A stretch of DNA of 64,000 nt. It comes from the human T2T-CHM13v2.0 reference genome, Homo sapiens. The stretch lies in NCBI RefSeq assembly GCF_009914755.1, contig NC_060945.1, one strand, 5' to 3'. The stretch's first letter is position 1, and each line of letters opens with the position of its first letter. Position numbers and translations under genes: made by a program. Positions 13,512 to 27,667 of this stretch are shown one piece after another. The notes below the pieces were generated by a model that ran no database searches, was not told the origin of the DNA, and saw only the letters and a program-made list of their open reading frames with translations.

Positions 13512-14562
13512 ACATAGAAAGAATTGGAGGTATAGCCCATCTGAATATATACAGATTCCATTTGTTAGGAAGTCGATATAGAAAAATCCAGAATTTCTTA
13601 CTATAATTTAAGAGATGATTGACCTCCAAAAAGCTTCACCACAGTATCAACTCTATGCTTCATATATTTTCTCTAATTCATAAGCAGTACATTTTATTCG
13701 TGGCATAATCACTTCTTCCTATATTCCAAATGCTTTCTTTTCTTTGTTTCCTATCATTTTACATATAATATGCAAATACACTAAAATTGAAATATAGCTT
13801 GGCAGTTTGTAATACTGTAAAACCATAAAGTGTAATATATGACTACAAAATATTTTGGTTTAATGGGCCTGGTGTTCTACTATATATTTATTTTAAGTCA
13901 CTCTTAAAATGTCAAATAAAACTCAAAAATCTGTTTTAGTTCCAAATGTAGAGCTATTAATTTTATGGCTTAATATCTGATTAAATTTAACTATGCTTCT
14001 AAGAGCATATAGGTTCCACTCATTAGATGGGCTGACTGTTTAATCCCATCATTTTAAGTGGAATTGAACCCCATCTTGCCAAATATGCTAATATCCTGAG
14101 GGAGGGAGAGAGGGAAGAATGGAACAACAGAAGATGTTTGAAGGCACTGTGAATTTATGTTCTTCACTTGGGAGGCTAACCAAAACATTTCAATACCTCC
14201 AGTATTCACATTCTGGAGTAGAGAATATAAAAGTCAAAAGAGAAATGTTTTCAGTGATTTCTGTGGTATCAATAAACCTATATAAATGTGAATAGACTTA
14301 AATAAATAGTTAAAACAGAATGTCTGGGTACCCAGGTATATAGGCTGCCAGCTGGGCCCTGAGGCTGTATCACTTCTATTTCCCAATTGCTAGCTTTTGA
14401 GGTAACAGCACTCTTCATCTGAGAAGAAGGGCACTGACAACCGTACTCTCATGATTCTCAAGAATCCTGCTGACTTGTTCATTAAACAGAACTGGCAACT
14501 GACTCCTAAGATAAAAATTCTTGACAGCTTTCCAAGCAGAAGGAAGGATGCTGAGTGACACA

Positions 14563-15270
14563 TATAAATATATAAGTGAGAAGGAAGGGTGAGCTCCAAT
14601 GGCAGTGACGTTTTCCGGAGCAGTTTATGGAAGAGGTAATCGTTGTAAGACACTACATTGCATTCTGGAGAATTTGTTCACCACTGAGCAACAGGTGAGA
14701 CCTCCCTACCAGAATATCCAAAATGAATTTTAGATATCATTTAAAACTTTTGAAAATAGTGTGGTCTTAGAAATGGCTCACTCTACTGGACTACTTGCAT
14801 ATGTTCTTTTTTTTAGTTCAACTACTAGCTTCATCTGTACTACAGAGACTTTGGGAAAATTTCTTGAAGACCCTTTTTTAATGGGAATAACCACTTCCAT
14901 TATTTTATCTCTGGGTATTCTGTGAGTATCTGTTGTCTCAATAAGTATTTCTATATCGTGTATGTTATGTATATTAAAAAAAACCCTTGAGTTCTTCAGA
15001 TGAAATCTATAATGCAAATAAATGATATTCAAAATTTAGCTATTCTAAAGATATTAACTTCTAAGGTAATGGTAACTTTAACTAAGGTTAAACGTAACTT
15101 CTAAGCAGTGACTACCATTTTTCTATTTTTTTCAGAATAAATTCATCTCAAAATCTACATTACAATAAATTATCTCAATAATCCATTTTCCTATTTTTGA
15201 TTCAATTACATAATTAAAAAACATTTTAGTTAGACATTTGAAGAGAGAAAAAATATTGTAATAAACCCTA
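14563..15270 (+). other. Candidate small spliced transcription unit (lncRNA or micro-ORF); speculative
   Basis: TATAAA 14563; CAG|GTGAGA 14694; polypyrimidine-TAG| 14817; TCT|GTGAGT 14921; polypyrimidine-CAG| 15136; AATAAA 15164 and 15260. Confidence 0.25.
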
Positions 15271-16312
15271 TGTCTTCTCAGGTTTTAAAAAATCAATATG
15301 AATTGTTAGTATTAAAAATGTTTGGAATGCGTACTTTGAAATAAAATTTTTGAAAAAAGTATTGACATGTAATGTTTAAAAGTCAAACTTTCTGTGGAAG
15401 TAACATTAACATCCATAATCAATCATTAATACTATGATAGTGAACCTTATTTTTATTTAACAACATTTAATCGTTGTTGTCTGCCACCAAATTCTGCATT
15501 TTAGCTCTTTTCACTAAACATTACTATGTTTTTAATAAAAGCATTATAGTTTGGTTACTAGTAATTGTCATAATTTTATTATCTTTCCAATAGGTATATA
15601 TCATATGTAAAAAAAAACATGTCTTTGAAATAATCTCATTTCTGAAAGATAATTTAAAATGATTTCTAATTGCTTTTGCAAATTCAAATGTTTTCAATAA
15701 AAGTTTTCATTAAAATACGTTAATAAAAGATTTTTCTTGTATAACTTAAAAAAGAAGCAATAATTATGTTGTATGTTTCAACTCCTTTTGACAATGGTTC
15801 TCATAAACTCTTCCATGTTTCTCTAAGTATAGAAAATAACTGGCTTAATAAATTAAATTTTAAATGATCCTAATGGAGCATTTACATAACCTTAAAATGA
15901 CTATAACAGAGCCAAAAAGTAATTAAAACTTCATAAATGCAGAGTGACATCATCCAATCGGCAATTTACATTTGTGTAGTTCAAAGTAAGAGGACCTGGG
16001 AAAGCCCTAATTCATATGGGGAGAGCAAATAGAATAGAAAAAAAAGAAGACAGCTTTAGGGAAAAAAATAACATCAGTGGATAAGGTTAGAGGAATAGCT
16101 TTAAGAATAATTTCTCCTTAAGACAGAAAGAATATGAGAAATATGATGTTTATAAAATATTTATGACAGAAGTAATTTTCTTTTAATATTAACAATAAAA
16201 ATTATAAACTGAGACAGATATCACCATATCAAAACTGTAACAACTCATTTAATATACATGAGAGCAAATTGTTTTCATCAAGTCTCACATTAAGGTGTAA
16301 AATATTTTTCTA

Positions 16313-16577
<265 letters not shown>

Positions 16578-16578
16578 A

Positions 16579-16617
16579 TATATATATATATTTATGTGTG
16601 TGTGTGTGTGTGTGTGT
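16579..16617. repeat. (TA)n/(TG)n compound microsatellite
   Basis: Seen directly at the Alu tail position. Confidence 0.95.
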
Positions 16618-16696
16618 ACGAAATAATAAAATATATATTTTAGAAAAAGTTGCAAACAGTGGAACATTTTTACTTTCTTTAATAACTGATTGCCAA

Positions 16697-16813
16697 AAAA
16701 GAAGGGATAGAAAGGGAAGTAGGAAAAAGATCAAGGGAGGAAGGGAGGGAGGAAGGAAGCGGGGAAGCAGGAAGAAAGGGAGGGAGGAAAGGTGGAAGGA
16801 GAGTGGAAGAGAA
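16697..16813. repeat. GA-rich homopurine low-complexity tract
   Basis: Degenerate (GGAA/GGGA)n. Confidence 0.9.
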
Positions 16814-16899
16814 CCACATAACTCAATAAAAGGCAATATGTGTACTGTCTATGTTTTTGTCTTACTAAATCTCATACTGTTGATGACAAACCATCTTTA

Positions 16900-17100
16900 G
16901 CCATATACACAATCTCCTAGCGGGCTCCAGCTCAATGACTTCAAAGTCAGCATACTCCTAAACCAGCTCCTCACCCCTCCTGCTCCCTCCTTGCCCTTCT
17001 CTATTGTCTATTGCAAGCATCATTTTCCAGATCTAGTAACCCAAATACGTAGGTGCACTTCCTGACACCCATCTTCGCTTCAAACAATACTTTCTATAGG
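16900..17100 (+). mobile_element. L2 fragment (degenerate)
   Basis: CCTAAACCAGCTCCTC..CCCTTCTCTATT..CATCATTTTCCAG..CTTCCTGACAC, L2-like. Confidence 0.5.
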
Positions 17101-17725
17101 TTCAAAGTGATGATGGCCTCATCACCCCCCAGTGTCAAATGTCATGCTGCTAAGTTCTCTGTCGAAAAGTAATTTGGTCATGCCAATGTCTGATTTAGAA
17201 AACTTACTATAAGCAGAGATTAGGTGTCTCCTTTCACACACTTGACTTGGAGAAATTGGCAAAAACTCTTCCTCTCCCTCAATTCCATGGCTTGCTCATG
17301 ACCAAAACCTTCCCCCAGGCTTTTAAATATACCTGTAGGAGCAGAGAGATAATTACTCTTAAAATAGCCTTGCTTTTCCCTTACACCGTGGACATTCACT
17401 ATTCTTGTTTATGAACCTACTTCTTGCTTCTCTTTATCTTGTTGGGTCTTCCCTGTGTTTCATTTCTCTGTTTCTGACCTCCTTCCTAAATAAGAACTCC
17501 CAATTCTTCTCCTATATTTCAGAGTAATTCAGCTAAACCTCTCTCCTGTCACTTGTACAACAAAGCCCATGCAATGTGTGCAATAAAGCCCATCAAGGCA
17601 CAAAGTGGCTCTCCATTTGATTTGCTCCTCTGTCTATAGAAAGCAGATGTAGTCATAAAGAAGAGAACATTCATGAACTTAAAAATAAATACTATAAAAA
17701 TAAACAATGGCAATGATTCCTATCA

Positions 17726-18250
<525 letters not shown>

Positions 18251-19122
18251 CCAAGATATGTGACATAACCCCAGATTTAGTTTCTAGAATCTCAGTCTCT
18301 TGAAAAAAAACATTCAATTTTTTATTCAAATGTTTTATTCTTTCTGTGGAAGAATTATATGCTATCTTGGAGGTCATCTTCTTCAGAGCTTCTCAACCTC
18401 TTTATATCTTGTAACACACCTGAAGGTTGACACGTTTGTGCCACATACGTTCTCTGGCTGTTGCAGCTCATGATAAAAGATATAACCTAGGGGTCTGGCG
18501 ATGCACTTTGTGCCAGAATTGGAATGCCATACTCTGCCCTGAGTCATGCCAGATGGAACTGACGGTTGCTGCTCTGGTCTAATCCCCCAATTTTACTGAA
18601 AGAGAACTGAGACAAAAGAGGTTAGCTGACTTGGCTTCTGTCATCCAGCTCATTAGAAAGTAGCAAAACTTGATATAGAACTGAAGTGTTTTGAGATGTA
18701 AGCTTCTAGATAAGGCAGTGAGACCTGTGATGGGTGTCAAGAAAACCCTTGCCTCCACTGTTTTAGGTGATTGCACTTAGTCACTTACACGTTCTGAATT
18801 AAAACCTCTCTACTTCTGTGGTGCTGTCTTCACATGAAAACTGTCTTGGGTGAATTTAGCCTATAAAAAGTAGAATTCATGAAAACATATTTTTCCCAGA
18901 CATGATGTGAAATTAAGGCTTTGATACTTTTTTTATTTTTACTTTGTAATTAGTTGTTTCAGATTTACATAGACTTAAGGCAAGACGCTGTGAACCAGAA
19001 ACTTCAAAGAACATAGGAGAATATTAGCTATCTTTGGTGTTAAGGCAGCTGTGTTTGTGGCAGTGACTTTCAGCTGAGAGGATAGATACTAGGCTAGTGC
19101 CCTGAAATAAACACGGAAAATA

Positions 19123-19458
<336 letters not shown>

Positions 19459-19922
19459 CTGCATAGAAAGTAGTTGGGGCTCCAGCTATAAAGGCAAACT
19501 TGTGGATCACAAATAATTATTTAAAGGAGATCTGTTTGTTCACAAAAGAAGTATAGTAATGCTATAATAGCTCAGGAACAGTTGAGTGTCTCTGCACTAC
19601 TCCCTGTAGACAGTGGGGATGTTGTACAAAACAAAGGTTTATAATCAGACTTTTTGCAGATCAATCAACCTAGCATTAGGGTATCTTCTCCTAGCTAGAA
19701 GATGAAAGCAGGAACAAGCCATAAGCATGGTGAAAATTTACTCATTTATTTCAACAAAACACTGTAATATTTTAATGAGACATTGAAAATAAGACATACA
19801 ACCTTAAAAATAAAGGCAGAAAAATATTTTTAGTTGATGCTCATGGGTTGAATTTTTAGGTCACAATAGACGAGCTGGTAGAAAGAATTGCTTGCTTTAA
19901 ACGGAATAGTTTAACAAAAAAT

Positions 19923-20187
19923 GGCTAGGCACAGTGGCTCATGCCTATAATTCCAGCACTTTGGGAGGCCAAGGTGGGCAAATCCATTGAGCCCAGGAGT
20001 TTAACCCCATCTCTACAAAAAATATGAAAATTAGCCAGCATGGTGGCGTGTGCCTATAGCCCCAGTTACTCGGGAGGCTAAGATGGGAGGATTACTTGAG
20101 CCTGGGAAGTAAAGCCTGGAGCGAGCCATGATTGCGCCACTGCACTCCAGCCTGGGTGAAAGAGCAAGACCCTGTCTAAAAAAAAAA
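19923..20187 (+). mobile_element. AluJ with a ~25-bp left-arm deletion
   Basis: GCCCAGGAGTTT joins directly to AACCCCATCTCTAC. Confidence 0.93.
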
Positions 20188-20194
20188 TGAATGC

Positions 20195-20457
20195 TTGGGA
20201 GGCCGACGTGGGTGGATCATGGGGTCAGGAGTTCGAGACCAGCCTGAGCAACATGGTGAAATCCTGTCTCTACTAAAAATACAAAAATCAGCTGGGCATG
20301 GTGGTGCGCACCTGTAATCCCAGCTACTCAGGAGGCTGAGGCAGGAGAATCACTTGAACTCAGGAGGCGGAGGTTGAAGTTAGCCGAGATTGCACCACTG
20401 CACTCCAGCCTGGGCAACAGAGCGAGACTCCGTCTCAAAAAAAAAAAAAAAAAAAAA
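20195..20457 (+). mobile_element. AluS (Sg-like), 5'-truncated, inserted at the tail of the preceding Alu
   Basis: TSD AAAAAAATGAATGC / AAAAAAATGGATGC; A21 tail. Confidence 0.95.
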
Positions 20458-21701
20458 TGGATGCACACCTTTGTATCAGCACCAACTTGCAAATATGATT
20501 AAAACAAAACAAAACACTGTTAGAAATCACTGGCTCGGTTGAGAAATAGATTTCTGAGTTGTCATAGGCATGAAACCAATACTGTGCCAGTGAATAGATC
20601 TACCCCCAAACAACCTTGGTGAACTGAGCAAGATCAAGGCCAGACTGTAGTCTCTTGAAGCATTGATGATAAGCACACTACGGTTAAAGGGCACGATTAC
20701 CCTCGGAATCATAATGCAGGTACATACACTGAATGTAAGAATAATGTGATTGAAACTAATTTAGGACTGTGCCAAGCAGGAAGAGAAAGTCCTTTGGGCA
20801 TTCAAAAAGAACATTTAGACAAAGCAAAACAAGAAGGAGAATTTGTGATTTGCAGGAAGCTGTTGCTCATTTATATTTTATCAAAGATTTAAAATGTTGG
20901 GCAAAAGAGTGTGGCTGTAGCAAGCAGAAAGAAATTTGGAATGTATGTGGTTTATAACTGAAATAATCAACTAGAAGAAACAATAAGCATCAGGAGGATT
21001 TTTTTTTAAAGTGTTCTCTTTCGTTTCCTAAAATTATGTATTTTGGAAACTCAGATGGGTTAGAAATATCAACAGAGATTTCTCGGGTATCTCATTATGA
21101 TGTCTCACATGACTTACACTCTTCTATGTTAATCAAGTGAATCTCTTCCAATTATACAGATTGCTATGAAAAATCATGAGACATCACATTTTACTAAGTG
21201 GGAAATACTATTGATCTAACAAGATCCGTTGAATAATGAAAGGGGTCCATTTTTATATGTTACTCCCTCTAGCAAGGTTGAATAAATATGCCAGTGAAAC
21301 ATGGAAGAATGGATTTTTATAGTTTCAGATACTTACATAGTTTTAGATATATACATAGTTTTAGACAATTTGTTAGTAGGCTCAGAAATAATGTTTTAAT
21401 TGCCTATATCCCCATAGTACAGTGCTAGACAATGTTTAGGATATGTTTAACAAATTATTAATTCTTTTTAGGAGCTTAAAATAAGGGGCTAATGACAATG
21501 ATACAGACAAATGCATGAAAATGTTGTAAACCACAAATAAAATAATGTTCAAATATAAGTACTTTTGGTCCATTACAAATGTGGAAGATATATACTTATA
21601 ATGAGAGGATAGAAAGAAAATACCTTAACTCTTATTATGAAGTAAGTTCTCGATGCTAACATAATATATTGAAAAATTCTTAAATATATATGACAAGTGA
21701 A

Positions 21702-21717
21702 TCTATCTATCTATCTG

Positions 21718-21759
<42 letters not shown>

Positions 21760-21784
21760 ATCTATCTATCTATCCATCCATCCA
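21702..21784. repeat. Compound tetranucleotide STR (TCTA)3 TCTG (TCTA)10 TCA (TCTA)3 (TCCA)3
   Basis: Counted directly. Confidence 0.97.
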
Positions 21785-22794
21785 ATGGGAGAAGATGTAA
21801 AGTGAAATAGCCATAGGAAGAGGGGAGTAAGCATAAATGGAATTGTTGTACATCAGCAGACATGACTGTGATTCATTCAGAGGGTATTCAAGAAGAAGGG
21901 AGAAAATGGTTATAGTATGGCATTAAAAATATTATAATGGAATACTTTGCAATTGAGTGAGAGAATCTAACATATGAATTATAGGGCAAATTAAAAAAAT
22001 TATATGGCCTCAAAAAAATCTGGCATACACAAAATGACAGGTGAAAAAGATAACTTTGGCAGAAGAACTGAACACTTACAGGAAATAAATGCTGTAACTT
22101 GGGATTCTAGGGAGATTCATATCCAAACAGGGAATGAGGATTACACATAAACCATCATAAGACAAAATTCACAGTTTAACAAGTCAAATTGTAATGTTAC
22201 ATTGAAATAATACATTGCAATAATACATTGCCTTACTTCCAATTATATCCTCCAAGTTAGTATGATTTGGTCATGAAAATGACAAAAAATAAACAGACAA
22301 TGAAACAACAAATTCACTTGTTGGACCACCTTAATGATCAAATTAAGCAATAATACACAAATTCTTTTGTACAGCTATCACTCAACAAATATTAATTGGC
22401 TACTCTTTGCTATACATCAGAACAAATAGTTACCATACAAAATACCAGTTGAACACAGAGTACTTTAAAAAATTATTCTGCACAAATATTGCAAAAATCC
22501 ATCGAAGTGTTGAAAGGAAGGCAAGTCAGATTCAAAAAATGTCATGAGTGAAAAAAACAGATTTAATTGGGAACTGTAAATAGAAATTGAAAAACAACCA
22601 AGCGTCATGAGGAGTTTTATTTGGGAGCTTCATTATTTATGTGTTCTTTGCCGACATGTAGAATTTGGAGGTGGTAAAAGTTAAAGACAGAGGAAAAATT
22701 TCTGTGTAATAGGAGTTGGTCATGCAACTTGTCTCACAGCCAGATGCAAGTGCAGGTCTGAGGTGAATAGAGAAATTGACCTATGGGATATGTG

Positions 22795-23310
22795 CATTCA
22801 TTCAACTTTTTTTTTGAGTCCATGCTATTTTGCAAACACTCTCTAGGCAATGGGGTTCTAACATGAGTGAAGCATGGCCTCTGCAGTCAGTGAGGCAGCC
22901 ATGCAGTAAACAGCTAAGTGGCAAGGCAATGGGGGTAGCCCCATGGAAAGCGGAAGCCCAATGGAATGAGGGGTGGAAGGGCCTCGAAAGCACATGAGAT
23001 GAGAGGCAGAGACTAAATGAGGAAAGAGGCTCAGAAGCCAAGAAGAGAGAGTTGTATAATTGGTTATCAGCCGTGTCAAATTCTGTACATAGGTCAAGGA
23101 GCATCAAGATGGAGAAGTGCCATTGCGTTTTGGCAGTGAGTATGTTACTGGAGACCTTGGCAAGGCTGGCTTCTGGGAAGTGGCGTGGGTTAGAGCAGGA
23201 CTGGATCAGGTTCAGGAGCGTTTTCACTGAGGAACTGAATGCATCTGGTGCACTCTAGGAGTTGGGAGAGGAATGGTGGGGAAACAGTTGTTAGAGGGTG
23301 TAGGGATTTC
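22795..23310 (-). mobile_element. L2 LINE relic including an RT-domain remnant
   Basis: The minus frame reads IQSCSNPRHFPEASLAKVSSNILTAKTQWHFSILMLLDLCTEFDTADN, matching the L2/CR1 RT pattern QSGFRPxHSTETALxKV..LLDLSxAFDTVDH; CATTCATTCAAC tail at ~22795. Confidence 0.85.
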
Positions 23311-24269
23311 TTGAGACCCAGGGATATCTGAGACTCAGCAGGATCCAAATACAGACTTTTTAGCTCTATTTTGTGAAAAACAGAGCTTTTCCCAGCAGCA
23401 AGGAAACAGCATTTACATCTTGAAGCAGGCTTTGTTGAGCTTGTTTGTTCTATCTGGCAATGAGTCACTGTAACACTGACCCTGCCATTGAAGTCAGCAG
23501 ATTCTATTTGGAGAGCTTTGTGATTGTGGGGGGAAGTTGTTTAAAAAGTTAACAAAAACATCTACTCTCCCTGATCTGCTAAACACCTGTGTGCATTAGT
23601 TTTGATGACTATTAGCTCAAGAGCATGGGAATGCTATTTTTGAGTAAAAAAAGGGAAGCCTCATCAGAAGAAGTTAAATGTACATGACACAGGAAAAAGT
23701 TATAATATTTTCTATTTTGGTTTCTACTCATTTGAAAAGAGTTTTAAAGAGAAAAGTGTAATAGTTCTGCCGACCGCCAACCTCAATTAAAATGCTAAGT
23801 ACAAGTTGCAGTTTCCCTACCTCTGCCAGAGGGAATATGTCCAAAGTGACCAGCCACCTGTTTCCTTTTGTAAGAGCTCAAGACTGCGGCCCCGTCCAGC
23901 ATACTCCTCACTGACACTAAATATCAGTGTGATGATGAATCAAAAGTCAACAGCAGCAGAGCTTTATTTACCAAGAAATGACACTTAGTAAGGTCATCTC
24001 TTTTGGAGAGGACATTGCAATCATTTAAGTTGATAAAGATATTGGTGATTTATCAACCTCAAATAAGGCATGAGGAACATGCCTGTTAAGGGGTACCCAA
24101 CTTGGCTGTTTCCAACTTGCTTAAATATATATGCCCACAGGCTGGCTGATGTTTGAGATGTTTGAGGGATAGTAATAGCACATGGTCTGTGATGGCTTAG
24201 CTAGGCACAGTGAAGGTCATAGAACTAGAAACTTAAGAATCAATTATGAAACAGGTTAAAGTTGCAGTC

Positions 24270-24508
24270 TATAAGAGAGTGGCTTTGGAGGCAGTAAGAC
24301 TTGGGTTTTAATGATAGCTGTGCCATTTACTAGCTGTGGGACATCAGTCAAATAACTTAAATTTCAAAGGCTCTGTTTTCTCATCTATAATATAAAATAG
24401 AAATAATAGTAGTGCCTCAGGGCTGTTTTAAGGATTAAATGATAGCACATGGAGCATAACCCAGGACCAGGCATACAGTAAACGCTTCATAAAATGATAG
24501 CTATTATA
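24270..24508 (+). mobile_element. MIR SINE, near full length
   Basis: GGCTTTGGAGGCAG..CTGTGCCATTTACTAGCTGTG..CTGTTTTCTCATCTATAA..GGCATACAGTAAACGCT. Confidence 0.88.
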
Positions 24509-25849
24509 TATCTTAAATCAAGCATCCTCAATTCCTTGTTGATAAGAAAAATAACAAACCACTAGCATTTGGTTAAAACCATGAGAGCTAATGTGAAAAT
24601 GGATGTATTAAACAGCTTGCCATAAAAATGCTACATTTTTTCAAACAATTGAGATATGTCTAAAAGAAAAGAAGTGAGCACCATAAAATTGAACCTAATC
24701 TAAAGGGATTGAAGCAACAGCATTTTAAACAGCAAATAGAACCCACAAAGAAAATCCAAAAGTTATAAAAGTTTTATTCACTTTTACAATTTAATAAGAT
24801 TCTGATTTTACTAACATTAAAAAATAAAATCATCTCTATTAAATGTAAAATTAGCTTTATTATACATATAAAGAGTCTCACTGCTGTTGTTCAAATTAAT
24901 AGTAAAAAATTATTCCAAATAAGTTCTATGGGACATATTAGCAATAGTCAGATAATAATCAGTGCCCTTCTCTCCACATATAAAATGCCCTACTTCATTT
25001 TTAGAATAACTTGATGGCTGAAGCTCTTCACCACATTATCTCTTTTATAGTTCCTAGTTCACCATTTAGTATGGAGGCCCTAGAGCCCTCTCTTCCATCA
25101 GTTCCAGGCTTTCTGCCAGTTCTCAGATTCCATGTTTAATCAGAATCCCGGGCTCTCCAACCCCAGTCCGTATTATCCATTTTTCCAATTCTTAGGGGAA
25201 ATTTGCCACTTTGAAACATGTTATCTGCAAATAGAACCCAGAAACAAAGACCTTAAAGTTATAAAGAAAACATTGGTAATGTTTCAAGGAATGAATGACA
25301 AATAACGAAAGCCCTTTGAATCTCAGCAAACACTGGGCTTCAGTTACACCCTTAAGGAGAACCCATAAATTCATCCTGCTGTCCCCCAAATGGACTTGCT
25401 GAGGAAAAAATGGACTTTTTTTTTTTTTAACCACATATAAGCTCTATTTTTCTAGATAAGAAAGAAAACTGCAAAGGCAAGGTAGCGTGGTGAACTTCCC
25501 ACTCACTGGCGCAGCTTGATGGAAATTCAATTTGACAAAGCCTTTCTTAGCCAAACCACCCCAAAGTGGCCTCTCCCTCCACTCGTTTGTTACTTACCAT
25601 TGTTTTGCCATTTGTGTTCATGCATCCTCAGATGCATGAACGGAGGGTAAGCTGGGTAAACAGAGGTAAGACGGTAACAGAGGGTAAGCCTCCACTAGAG
25701 CTACATCTTATGAAGACTTTCTCTCCCTTTCTCCCTTACCTCAGAGTCTAAGCCAGATCTCACTCTTCCTAAAAGTCCAGAAGTTCAGGAGACAGGGAAG
25801 AAGGAGGGGGAAGGGAATTTGGGGTTCTTCTTCTTGCCTTTGTCAACCT

Positions 25850-25985
25850 CCTGTAAGTCACTCAGCCTCACTTGCAGTTATTCTTTTGTATAATGGAGAT
25901 AATTATAGATACCGGTTTGAGAAGTACTTTGATATCCTCAGATAAAAGAGGCTCTAAAAGGGCAGAGGATAATTATTATTAGCAG
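25850..25985 (+). mobile_element. MIR-family fragment (MIR3/MIRc-like)
   Basis: AAGTCACTCAGCCTC..CAGTTATTCTTTTGTATAATGGAGATAAT..AAGTACTTTGA. Confidence 0.55.
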
Positions 25986-26754
25986 CTCAATGGTTCATAG
26001 GTTTTTCCATATGCAGCTTTCTCCAGGGAAGCTAAATCCGTCAAAATAAAACCAGTTTGAGAGAAAAGGTACAATAGAAACTATTTAAACAAGGAAAATG
26101 ACTTCAAAAAGATGAGCCAGATGAAACATAAAAGTGAAATAAAAAATTAAAGTGATGACATGCTTCTAAAAAAATCTCTGCAGTCTTGTCATGAATGAAC
26201 CTAACATCACACAAAAGTGGTGCTGGTAATAACGGCATCTTGCATTTGTATAATGTCTTTCCCAATAACTTTACAACTCTTTTGTGACATAAAGTGATAC
26301 TTAGTAAATCTTCAAATTGCTATCACGCTCGTTTTTAGGTGAGATCATTGAAGGCTGAGCCACCCCACTCTTCTGCAATGAACAGTGAGAATTGGAATCC
26401 AGTTTTCCCAGTTCTTCAACACAGAAGAAAGACATTGGAGTATCTTCCACCTCATGGAAACTATAGAGAATTTCCTTGTTGGAATCTGGTCAGCTAAAGC
26501 ATGCAGCTGGGGTTTTCAGCATTTGTTCTGATTTTTGTCTTACTAAGTAAGATACTTGTCTTTAGCAAGTATTGAAAAAACAATTATGTATGAAGGGCCT
26601 CCCAGGCAGCTAATCCTTGCTAAGAGAATAAAAGATAGGGAATAGAAACACAAGTATTATATCAGTCTCCAACCACAAGAAGATTATGGTGTAGTTGAGA
26701 AGATAAGACATACACACAAAATAATTAGTGGTCAAAATATTATTTTATGCTTTA

Positions 26755-27023
26755 GTATTAAATGCTATCTTCTCTGAAGAGCTTTCCATAATTATGCTAA
26801 TGAAAAGTAATCTTTCTTTTTTTTTTTAATTCCTGTAGTACTACTAGAACTATGTTTCTTATAGAATTTATAAGAGGCATATATCATGTCACATCTTCTC
26901 TTTGGTATCAGAGTTTGAGCTCATCAAAAGTAGAAATCATGTTTTATTTTATCTTGGATTTCATTCGGTGCTTTACATTGTTTTGGACATAAAGGAAGGG
27001 CTCAGCAATATTTGTTGAAATGA
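26755..27023 (+). mobile_element. L2 3' end
   Basis: TGAGCTCATCAAAAGTAGAAATCATGTTTTATT..GGACATAAAGGAAGGGCTCAGCAATATTTGTTGAA. Confidence 0.75.
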
Positions 27024-27244
27024 CATAGTGATATAATAATTTCAAAATACAGGCAATTAACATATAAGGACAATATGTGCAATAACATTATTGAGCATGT
27101 TTTCACTGATAATTCAAACCCATTAGGCTCTAAACAATTAGGAAATAATCACTCCAATCCTGATATTCTTTTAGTGCCCTGGTAGCGTTTACAAATTAGA
27201 TTATAGTTGAAAAGTTCTTTACAATTATTTTTTGCTATTCTTCA

Positions 27245-27667
<423 letters not shown>

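Noticed and set aside
21319-21366. Short ~18-bp tandem repeat (TAGTTTTAGATA..TACA)
   Set aside because: Ordinary slippage duplication in AT-rich DNA, like similar ones near 15055, 22207 and 54395; no sign of function.
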